Assembly (NCBI GenBank): GCA_964538165.1
Contig: CAZIEL010000002.1
Location: forward strand, 1-33,213
DNA: 33,213 nt
Direction: 5' to 3'
DNA from: an uncultured archaeon
GTDB lineage: Archaea > Iainarchaeota > Iainarchaeia > Iainarchaeales > JAAZKV01
Below are positions 24,685-32,238 of the stretch, piece after piece. The number at the start of each line of letters is the position of its first letter. The first letter of the stretch is position 1. The position numbers and the translations under genes were made by a program. Below the pieces are notes generated by a model, which was given only the letters and a program-made list of their open reading frames with translations, was not told the DNA's origin and searched no databases.

Positions 24685-25239
24685 ATGAGACGAACTTTAG
24701 TAATAATAAAACCTGATGGAGTAAACAGAGCTCTTATTGGGAGAGTAATAACTAGATTTGAAGAAAAAGGACTCAAGATAGTTGGACTAAAAATGGAAAA
24801 ATTACATGTTTACAAACTAAAAGAACACTATGCCCACTTAGTAAACAAACCGTTTTTTGAAGAATTATTAAATTTCATGTCAGGAATTCCTTGCATATTA
24901 ATGGTTTTGGAAGGAAAAGAAGCAGTAAGTGTTGTTAGAAAACTAGTTGGGATAACAAACGGAAGAGAAGCCGAACCCGGAACAATAAGAGGAGATTTCT
25001 CACTTAGTGCACAAACAAATATTGTACACGCATCAGAAAATGATGAAGTGGCAAAATATGAAATTGCAAGATTCTTTAAAGAAGAAGAATTATTTGAATA
25101 CGACAAAATGAACTTTAATTGGATTTACTGTAAATCAGAAAAAGGAATGTACCAAGAAGTAAAAGAAACGGGAAAAAGTGTTGAAGAAGTAGAACACGCA
25201 AGAAAGAAAGAACTAGAAAAAGAAAAAGAAAAAAAATGA
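24685..25239 (+). CDS. ndk: Nucleoside diphosphate kinase
   Basis: RTLVIIKPDGVNRALIGRVITRFEEKGLKIVGLKM...GTIRGDF...NIVHASEN retains the catalytic His in a variant of the usual HGSD context. There is a ~40-aa extra C-terminal K/E-rich tail. Confidence 0.88.
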   Translation: MRRTLVIIKPDGVNRALIGRVITRFEEKGLKIVGLKMEKLHVYKLKEHYAHLVNKPFFEELLNFMSGIPCILMVLEGKEAVSVVRKLVGITNGREAEPGTIRGDFSLSAQTNIVHASENDEVAKYEIARFFKEEELFEYDKMNFNWIYCKSEKGMYQEVKETGKSVEEVEHARKKELEKEKEKK

Positions 25240-25285
25240 AAAATTAAATTAAAAGAGTGAAAGACTGTGTAAAAGGGAGGGGGAA

Positions 25286-27040
25286 ATGATGATACGACAA
25301 CCAATCATAACAGTGCTTGGACATGTTGATCATGGAAAAACCTCTCTACTTGATGCAATACGAAATTCTCGTGTAGTAGCTAAAGAAGCTGGAGCAATTA
25401 CACAACACATCGGGGCAACAGAAGTTCCAATTGAAATAATCCTAGATGTAGCTCGTCCAATAATAAAAAGATTTGGATTTGAACTAAAAATTCCTGGATT
25501 ATTATTTATTGATACTCCCGGGCATGAGGCATTTACTAATTTACGAAAAAGAGGGGGTGGAATTGCTGATCTTGCAATACTAGTAATTGATGCAGTGCAA
25601 GGAATACAACCCCAAACAATAGAAGCAATTGAAATATTAAGAGCGTACAAAGTTCCGTTTGTAATCGCAATGACAAAAATTGATTTGCTAAATTATTATT
25701 CCTCAAAAGAAGGAAGTTTTATTGATAACTTAAATTCACAAAGTGAAAAAACAAAACAATTATTTGACGAAACACTATATACATTAATTGGAAGATTATA
25801 TGAATACAAATTTGAAGGAGAAAGATTTGATAGATGTGCGTTTGGAAAACAAATTCCAATAGTCCCAGTGTCCGCACACACAAAAGAAGGAATAGCTGAA
25901 CTACTTACCTTACTTTCAGGTTTATCACAAAAATATTTAGAAAAAAAGTTAGAAATAAGTGTTGATGAAACCCCTAAAGCGGCAGTACTTGAATCAAAGG
26001 AAGAAAAGGGTTTAGGAAAAACAATTGATGTAATACTTTACCAAGGCACACTAAAAGTTAACGATGAAATTGCAGTAGTTGGAAAAAAAGGAGTAATTAC
26101 AACAAAAATAAGAGCCCTACTTGAACCAAAACCACTGCAAGAAATGAGATTAACAAAAGAAAAATTTACTTCTGTGAAAAGTGTTAATGCTGCGTGTGGA
26201 ATAAAGATATCTGCTCCCGGACTTGATGATGTTTTAGCCGGATCAACCTTAACTGGAATAAAAACAGGAAATGAAATTGATGAACTTAAATTAGAATTTA
26301 AAGAAACACATTATGAATCACAGAATAAGGGGCTAATAATCAAAGCTGATGCTATTGGATCACTTGAAGCAATGATGAGCTTGCTAAAAAAAGAAGGATT
26401 TGTGATAAGACATGCTGATGTTGGAAATGTAACAAGAAAAGATGTGATGGAAGCAGCTTCACTACAATGCGAAGATCCATTGCTTGGAGTAATCTTGGGG
26501 TTTAATATTTCAATTGATTTGGATGCAAAAGAAGAAGCTGAAAAAAGAGGAATAAAAATATTTAATGAAAACGTAATCTATCACCTAATTGGAAATTATA
26601 GAAAATGGGTTGATGAATATAATCAACAAGCAAAATCAAGAGAAATAGCTTGCTTAGTATGGCCAGTAGAATTTGAATTAATCCGTGGAAGAGTATTTCG
26701 AAACAATAAACCTGCAATTGTTGGAGTAAAAATTAATGCTGGAAGACTACGTGAGGGCTGGAAAGTAATGAACAAAAACGGTGAGATTATTGGAACAATA
26801 CAAGGAATACAAAACGAAGGAAAAGCATTAAAAGAAGCAAAAAGAGGGGATGAAGTTGCTGTTTCGATTGATGGAGCAAATATTGGAAGAAATTTAGAAG
26901 AAGGAGAAAAACTCTATTCTTGTATTCCTGTAAAACAATATGCGGATTTAATGAAATATTCTGAAGATTTTACTGAAGAAGAAAAAGATTTGTTTGAAAT
27001 CATAAAAAAGAAGATAAAAACTGACGAAGACACCCAATAA
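25286..27040 (+). CDS. infB: Translation initiation factor aIF5B (IF-2 homologue)
   Basis: RQPIITVLGHVDHGKTSLLDAIR...FIDTPGHEAF...TKID are the GTPase G1-G4 motifs. The length is 584 aa, and the slot after L7Ae-S28e-L24e-ndk is the conserved one. Confidence 0.92.
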   Translation: MMIRQPIITVLGHVDHGKTSLLDAIRNSRVVAKEAGAITQHIGATEVPIEIILDVARPIIKRFGFELKIPGLLFIDTPGHEAFTNLRKRGGGIADLAILVIDAVQGIQPQTIEAIEILRAYKVPFVIAMTKIDLLNYYSSKEGSFIDNLNSQSEKTKQLFDETLYTLIGRLYEYKFEGERFDRCAFGKQIPIVPVSAHTKEGIAELLTLLSGLSQKYLEKKLEISVDETPKAAVLESKEEKGLGKTIDVILYQGTLKVNDEIAVVGKKGVITTKIRALLEPKPLQEMRLTKEKFTSVKSVNAACGIKISAPGLDDVLAGSTLTGIKTGNEIDELKLEFKETHYESQNKGLIIKADAIGSLEAMMSLLKKEGFVIRHADVGNVTRKDVMEAASLQCEDPLLGVILGFNISIDLDAKEEAEKRGIKIFNENVIYHLIGNYRKWVDEYNQQAKSREIACLVWPVEFELIRGRVFRNNKPAIVGVKINAGRLREGWKVMNKNGEIIGTIQGIQNEGKALKEAKRGDEVAVSIDGANIGRNLEEGEKLYSCIPVKQYADLMKYSEDFTEEEKDLFEIIKKKIKTDEDTQ

Positions 27041-27097
27041 TTGATTTGAAAAAAAAACGTATTGAGAGGAAATAAAAAGGCATTGTTTAGGGTATTT

Positions 27098-27134
27098 ATG
27101 TAATGGGTAAGCCAAATAATTGGCTTAGTTACAT
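27098..27134 (+). promoter_or_regulatory. Extended imperfect hairpin upstream of S6e
   Basis: ATGTAA-tggg-TAAGCCAA-[ataa]-TTGGCTTA-g-TTACAT gives 8 bp plus 6 bp of perfect pairing. It lies 25 nt upstream of the S6e ATG. Its function is unknown. Confidence 0.3.
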
Positions 27135-27158
27135 TTAGATCAAGAGTGAGGGATCAAA

Positions 27159-27638
27159 ATGAAAATAGTAGTGAGCGATACAAAAAACGGAGAAGCCTAC
27201 ATGGCATCAACTGAACAAGAAGTATTTGTAGGAAAAAAAATAGGCGAAGTAGTAAAATTAGATGAACTAGGTTTGCCAGGCTACGAGGGAAAAATAACTG
27301 GGGGAAGCGATAAACAAGGATTCCCAATGAATGTTTCCTTAGTTGGAAGTGCAAGAAAAAAAATATTGACTGGAAATGCTTCTGGATTTAGCACTTCAAG
27401 AAAAGGAGAACGAAAAAGAACCTCAGTAAGAGGAAGTACAATCAGTAACGAAATTTCTCAAGTAAATATGATTGTTACAAAAGTGAATCCTGATGTTGAT
27501 ATAACAAAAGTATTGGCAAAAGTTGGCCAAACTGAAGAAGAAAAAATGAGTGCAAAAGAAAGACTAATAAAGAAAAGTCTTGAAATGGCAGGAAGTGCTG
27601 AAATTGGGGATGCAGTAAAGAAAAAAGCAAGACACTAA
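27159..27638 (+). CDS. rps6e: 30S ribosomal protein eS6 (S6e)
   Basis: MKIVVSDTKNGEAY...GYEGKITGGSDKQGFPMN...GERKRTSVRG matches S6e. Confidence 0.9.
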   Translation: MKIVVSDTKNGEAYMASTEQEVFVGKKIGEVVKLDELGLPGYEGKITGGSDKQGFPMNVSLVGSARKKILTGNASGFSTSRKGERKRTSVRGSTISNEISQVNMIVTKVNPDVDITKVLAKVGQTEEEKMSAKERLIKKSLEMAGSAEIGDAVKKKARH

Positions 27639-27692
27639 AAGGTAAACCAAAAAATGGTTTTGCACTAAATGTGAAAAAAACGGTGATTATGA

Positions 27693-29228
27693 GTGGTGGT
27701 GAAAAAAAAAGAGACAGAAGAAAAAACTGTGAAAAAAACAGTAAAAAGCCATTCTCAAGAACCAAAAATAAAAAAGAAAAAAACTGAGGAAAAGCTCACA
27801 CCTCAGTCTCACTCTATTGAAGAAGAAAAAAAAGTTGTTTCGCACACTCACAAAGAAACAACTACTCGCGAAACATCTGCTCACGAAATAAAATCAGTTG
27901 AGCATAAAACTCACTTTGAACACAAAACTCATTCCGAAATAAAAACAGAATCTCACTTAGAAAAAATGCATGTTCCTCAACAAGTACACAATGTTTGCCC
28001 TCCCGAACAAACTCACCCTGCAAAAAAAATCAAAGAGGCGAGCCAACCAGAAATAAATATTGGGATGATTGGGCACGTTGATCATGGTAAAACAAGTTTA
28101 ACAAAAGCTCTAACTGGAAAATGGTGTGATACTCACAGTGAAGAAGTAAAAAGAGGAATTTCAATCAGATTAGGTTATGCGGATGTAACATTTTACAAAC
28201 TAAAAACACAAAATGGAATAATTTATTCTAACAAACCTGAATATAACGGAAAACCAGCTGAAATAGAAAGTAAGAGGGTAGTAAGTTTTGTTGATGCGCC
28301 TGGGCATGAAACACTAATGACAACAATGCTATCTGGGGCCGCATTAATGAATGGAGCCGTATTAGTAATTGCATCAAATGAAGCGTGTCCCCAACCAAGA
28401 ACAGTAGAACACTTAATGGCGTTAAAGTTCGCAGGAGTAGAAAAAATAGTTGTTGCACAAAACAAAATTGATTTAATTACAAAAGAACAAGCAGTTGAAA
28501 ATCACAAAGCAATAAGAAAATTCTTGGATGAATATGGATACAAAGATGCTCCAATAGTACCAACTGCTGCAAATTTTGGGGTGAATATTGATTCACTAAT
28601 AGAAGCAATAGAAACACACATTCCTACTCCAAATTATGACACACAAGCTCCACTAAAAATGTTTGTGGCGCGAAGTTTTGATATTAATAAACCTGGAACA
28701 AAAGCAAAAGATCTCAAAGGAGCAATAATTGGGGGGAGCATTACTCAAGGAATAATAAAAGTAGGGGACGAAATTGAAATTTTGCCAGGACTTAATGGAC
28801 CCACAAAAACAAAGGTGCTAAGCATTTCAACAGACCAAGGATTAGTCCAACAAGCACGACCCGGGGGATTAATTGCAGTTGGAACTGATCTTGATCCAAG
28901 CATGGCACAAAATGATAGATTAAGAGGACAAATTGCAGGAAAAGTTGGAAGTTTACCAAGAGCTGTAAAAGACATGGTAATTAAAGTATTTATGTTTGAA
29001 AGAATGCTAGAACAAAATCTAAAAGAAAAAACACAAATCAAAGTAACTGATCCTTTAGTAATAACAATTGGAACAAATACAATAGTGGGGTTTGTAATAA
29101 AAATTGATCCAAAAAGTTGTACTCTGAATTTGAAAAATGAAGTAGTAATAGAAAAAGGCGAAAAAGTGGCGCTAAGTAAAAACATTGCTGGGCAATGGAG
29201 ATTAGTTGCTTACGGCGAAGTAATGTAA
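27693..29228 (+). CDS. eif2g: Translation initiation factor aIF2 gamma subunit with a ~115-aa N-terminal extension
   Basis: The core runs from EINIGMIGHVDHGKTSLTKALTG...HSEEVKRGISIRLGYA...FVDAPGHE...QNKIDL. GTG 27693 is preceded by GGTGA (27682-27686). The next in-frame ATG (27966) has no SD. Confidence 0.88.
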   Translation: MVVKKKETEEKTVKKTVKSHSQEPKIKKKKTEEKLTPQSHSIEEEKKVVSHTHKETTTRETSAHEIKSVEHKTHFEHKTHSEIKTESHLEKMHVPQQVHNVCPPEQTHPAKKIKEASQPEINIGMIGHVDHGKTSLTKALTGKWCDTHSEEVKRGISIRLGYADVTFYKLKTQNGIIYSNKPEYNGKPAEIESKRVVSFVDAPGHETLMTTMLSGAALMNGAVLVIASNEACPQPRTVEHLMALKFAGVEKIVVAQNKIDLITKEQAVENHKAIRKFLDEYGYKDAPIVPTAANFGVNIDSLIEAIETHIPTPNYDTQAPLKMFVARSFDINKPGTKAKDLKGAIIGGSITQGIIKVGDEIEILPGLNGPTKTKVLSISTDQGLVQQARPGGLIAVGTDLDPSMAQNDRLRGQIAGKVGSLPRAVKDMVIKVFMFERMLEQNLKEKTQIKVTDPLVITIGTNTIVGFVIKIDPKSCTLNLKNEVVIEKGEKVALSKNIAGQWRLVAYGEVM

Positions 29229-29238
29229 TGGTGAACTA

Positions 29239-29676
29239 ATGGAAGAAAAATATCCTTTTTACAAATGGGATGTATTTGAAACCAAACATTTTATTTTTGG
29301 ACAAGATTGGTGCGTACCAATACCCGCTTTTTTTATCGTTGAACCAAAAAGAAAAACAATGAAGTCAATTTTAGATATGACTTTGGAAGAATATGCTGAT
29401 TTTTGTGAAATTATCCTAAAAGGAAGAAAATTAATGAAAGAAGCACTCAAAATTAGTGAAGTAGACTTATTCCAAGAAGAAAAAGGAAAGCATTTCCACG
29501 TTTGGGTGTTTCCAAGATATGAGTGGATGACTGAATTTGGTGAAAGTATTGAATCAATAAGGCCAATAATGAAATATGCTGAAGAAAAAATGATGACAAA
29601 AAAAGATATTGAAAAAGTAAAAGAAGCCTTAAACAAATCAAAAGAATACGCGGTGGATAAAAAATGGAAAAAATAA
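29239..29676 (+). CDS. HIT-like (histidine triad superfamily) protein with degenerate HxHxW motif
   Basis: FETKHF...PAFFIVEPKRK...GKHFHVWVFPRYEW has the layout of HIT hydrolases, but the third His is replaced by Trp. GGTGA lies upstream of the ATG. This is a family-level call only. Confidence 0.45.
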   Translation: MEEKYPFYKWDVFETKHFIFGQDWCVPIPAFFIVEPKRKTMKSILDMTLEEYADFCEIILKGRKLMKEALKISEVDLFQEEKGKHFHVWVFPRYEWMTEFGESIESIRPIMKYAEEKMMTKKDIEKVKEALNKSKEYAVDKKWKK

Positions 29677-30056
29677 AAGTAATGCTTGATACTAATTTTC
29701 TCTTAACAATGATAAGATATAAAATACACGGGTTTGAAGACATAAAACAAAAATTGCCAACTGAGTTCTTTACTTTAAGCAGAGTTTTAATTGAATTAAA
29801 AGGTTTAGGAAAATCTGATAAGAAAGTAAAAAAAGAAGTGGCAATAGTTGAACAAGTCCTAAAGAACAATAATGTAAAAATAATTGATAGTACTTCTGAA
29901 GACGTTGATACAGAATTAGTGAAATTGAGTACACAAGGATATATTATTGCAACAAATGATAAATTCTTACGTCAAAGAGTTAAACAAGCTAATGGAAAAA
30001 CTATTTATATTCGGAGTTTGACTTATATTGATACAAGCGAAGTGGTGAATGAATGA
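29664..30056 (+). CDS. PIN-domain protein, Fcf1/Utp24-like (COG1412-type)
   Basis: MLDTNFLL...LIELKGL...IIATNDKFLRQRV places the acidic PIN residues as expected. It sits in the conserved slot downstream of aIF2gamma. It overlaps the HIT-like gene by 13 nt. An alternative ATG lies at 29682. Confidence 0.7.
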   Translation: MEKIKVMLDTNFLLTMIRYKIHGFEDIKQKLPTEFFTLSRVLIELKGLGKSDKKVKKEVAIVEQVLKNNNVKIIDSTSEDVDTELVKLSTQGYIIATNDKFLRQRVKQANGKTIYIRSLTYIDTSEVVNE

Positions 30057-30448
30057 AGAAAATAATTGTGTCAAGTGCGGCTCCAAAAGCGGTCGGGCCT
30101 TATTCCCAAGCAGTGCTTTTTACTGCGAAGTATGTTATGGAAATTTCAGGACAAATCGGAGTTAATCCTTCAAGTGGAAAATTAGTGGAAGGAATAAACG
30201 CGCAAACAGAACAAATATTTGAAAACCTAAAAGCAATTCTATCCGAAGCGGGATTCACCCTTAAAAATGTGGTCAAAGTAAGAGTGTTTTTGGCAGACAT
30301 TAAAGATTATTCTCAAGTAAATCAAATCTACTCAAAGTATTTTACGGAAGAATACCCTGCAAGAGTAGCGCTTGCTGTAAAAGATTTACCAATCGGAGCG
30401 TTAATAGAAATAGAGTGCACTGCTATTGGAGACAAAATAAAAGAATAA
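30053..30448 (+). CDS. ridA: RidA / YjgF / L-PSP family enamine-imine deaminase
   Basis: APKAVGPYSQAV...GQIGVNPSSGKLVEG...VKVRVFLADIKDYSQVNQIYSKYF...PARVALAVKDLPIGALIEIE matches RidA. It overlaps the PIN gene by 4 nt (ATGA). Confidence 0.88.
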   Translation: MKKIIVSSAAPKAVGPYSQAVLFTAKYVMEISGQIGVNPSSGKLVEGINAQTEQIFENLKAILSEAGFTLKNVVKVRVFLADIKDYSQVNQIYSKYFTEEYPARVALAVKDLPIGALIEIECTAIGDKIKE

Positions 30449-30691
30449 CCCTTTTTCTTGGACATATTTTGAGTTAATTTGAGCATTTTTTTAGCCTTAA
30501 ACAAAATGTCAATAATTGAAGATAATGGCATAAATAAAGCCGTTTTGTAGCAGTGAAAAATTGTGAATTTTTCACCAAAAGTGATGGTTTTTAAACTTGG
30601 CGTTATGGTTAATTTATTATTCATGCCTTAGTGATAAGGCTAGATTTTAGCGGATAAAATTTAAGTAATTTTTAATTTTGAAGGTGAGCAA

Positions 30692-31321
30692 ATGTTCTAT
30701 AAAACAAAAATAGTTGACAAAGTGAGAGTTCCTCCCAAAAAACTTGGAACAAAAGTAAAAGAATCACTACTTGATATTTGCAGAGAAGATTATGAAGGAA
30801 GAATAAAAGAAGAATATGGAGTAATAATTGCAGTAACTGGAATCGGGGAAGTTGGAGTAGGACACGTAATACCTGGTGATGGTGCTGCTTACTATGAAAC
30901 AGAAATAGAAATGCTTACTTACCGACCACACGTACAAGAAGTAGTTAGAGGAACAATTACTGAAGCAACAGAATTTGGGGCATTTGTAAGAATTGGGCCA
31001 ATTGAAGGACTAATCCACGTAAGTCAAATAATGGATGATTTCATTAATTATGATGCAAAATTACCTGGATTTGTTGGAAAGAAAACTGATAAAAAATTAA
31101 TTCCTGAAGATAATGTTTTAGCAAGAATTGTAACAATCTCAATGAAAGGAGATACTTCCAGTTCAAAAATCGGCTTAACAATGAGACAACCATTCCTAGG
31201 AAAAGGAGATTGGGGCAGAATTGATGAAAAAGGAGTAAAAGAAGTAAAAGGAAAAGGCAAAAAAGCTCCTGAAGAAAAAGCTGCAAGAAAAGAAAAAGAT
31301 AAAGGAGAAAAAAAGGAATAA
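30692..31321 (+). CDS. rpoE: DNA-directed RNA polymerase subunit E' (Rpo7), S1 domain
   Basis: MFYKTKIVDKVRVPP...GEVVRGTITEATEFGAFVRIGPIEGLIHVSQIMDD matches Rpo7. GGTGA lies upstream of the ATG. There is a K/E-rich C-terminal tail. Confidence 0.9.
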   Translation: MFYKTKIVDKVRVPPKKLGTKVKESLLDICREDYEGRIKEEYGVIIAVTGIGEVGVGHVIPGDGAAYYETEIEMLTYRPHVQEVVRGTITEATEFGAFVRIGPIEGLIHVSQIMDDFINYDAKLPGFVGKKTDKKLIPEDNVLARIVTISMKGDTSSSKIGLTMRQPFLGKGDWGRIDEKGVKEVKGKGKKAPEEKAARKEKDKGEKKE

Positions 31322-31339
31322 ATATTTTGAGGGATTTGG

Positions 31340-31534
31340 ATGTTAAAAGAAAAAGCTTGTAGAAATTGTAGATACATTGTTGAAGAGGGAGACACTTGCC
31401 CAAATTGTAATGAAAAAACATTCACAACTTTTTGGAGAGGATATGTTGTTATTACAAACCCGGAACAAAGCGAAATTGCAAAAAAAATGGGCATAAGCAG
31501 AAGAGGGAAATTCGCACTAAGATTAAGTAGGTAG
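31340..31534 (+). CDS. spt4: Transcription elongation factor Spt4 (RpoE'')
   Basis: It has the zinc ribbon CRNCRYIVEEGDTCPNC, then W.GYVVITNPEQSEIAKKMG. It follows rpoE'. Confidence 0.85.
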   Translation: MLKEKACRNCRYIVEEGDTCPNCNEKTFTTFWRGYVVITNPEQSEIAKKMGISRRGKFALRLSR

Positions 31535-31569
31535 TGCAAAAATTAAATTTATTTAAGGGTGAATTTCGA

Positions 31570-31902
31570 ATGGATCTAAAAGTAATAGACAAAAAGAAAA
31601 ATGAAATAATGAAAAGAACAGAAGTAACCGCAGAAGTAGAGGAAGAATTAATTCCTTCAAGACAACAAGTTAAAGACAAACTTGCTGCAATGTTAAGTGT
31701 AAAAGCAGATGCAATTGCAATAAATAAAATTGAATCAAAGTTCGGTTCATCAAAAGTAATAGTATTAGCTAATGTTTATGAAACAGTTGAGGAACTAAAA
31801 AAGAAAGAACCAAAACACATAATCAAAAGAAACATTGTTGAAGTGAAAAAAGAAAATGCTGCTGAAGAAAATAATGATGCTCCGGCAAGCTTTAAAAAAT
31901 AA
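31570..31902 (+). CDS. rps24e: 30S ribosomal protein eS24 (S24e)
   Basis: MDLKVIDKKKNEIMKRTEVTAEVE...PSRQQVKDKLAAMLSV...KFGSSKVIVLANVYE matches S24e. GGTGA precedes ATG 31570; the ORF opens at 31534. Confidence 0.88.
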   Translation: MDLKVIDKKKNEIMKRTEVTAEVEEELIPSRQQVKDKLAAMLSVKADAIAINKIESKFGSSKVIVLANVYETVEELKKKEPKHIIKRNIVEVKKENAAEENNDAPASFKK

Positions 31903-31924
31903 ATAAAATTTAGTGGTGAGAAAA

Positions 31925-32104
31925 ATGACTGAAAGTGGAAAAGAAAAAAAGAAATCAAAAGCAGAACAATATGATACTTCAAGTGGTGTAATAAAAAGAA
32001 AAGCAAAGTTTTGTCCAAAATGCGGGCCCGGAGTGTTTTTAGCTGAACACAAAGACAGAGCAGCATGCGGAAAATGTGGGTACATGGAAAAAAGAAGCAA
32101 ATGA
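31925..32104 (+). CDS. rps27ae: 30S ribosomal protein eS31 (S27ae), zinc ribbon
   Basis: [25 protein letters not shown] matches S27ae. GGTGA precedes ATG 31925; the ORF opens at GTG 31913. Confidence 0.88.
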   Translation: MTESGKEKKKSKAEQYDTSSGVIKRKAKFCPKCGPGVFLAEHKDRAACGKCGYMEKRSK

Positions 32105-32238
32105 AACTTCTTTTTCTATCTTATTTTTAGTTCCTCTTTTGCCTAGTATTTATTTCCTTTACTTTATTCATAACCTTTTTTCTCAAAACTCTTAGCAACT
32201 AATTAATTTAAATTAACAAAAAGCCTAGTTCTGTACAT

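Noticed and set aside
24685-25239. The Ndk active-site context reads NIVHASEN instead of the usual N..HGSDS, hinting at an inactive or divergent kinase.
   Set aside because: The catalytic His and the following Ser are retained, and the rest of the fold motifs (KPDG, GTIRGDF) are intact. G-to-A and D-to-E are conservative changes, so this is not enough to claim altered function.
30328-30624. A 98-aa minus-strand ORF running through the RidA-rpoE' spacer.
   Set aside because: Its 3' 120 nt run antisense through the conserved C-terminus of RidA. It would be the only minus-strand gene in 33 kb. It has no SD-like motif and no recognisable domain. I kept it only as a note under the spacer finding.
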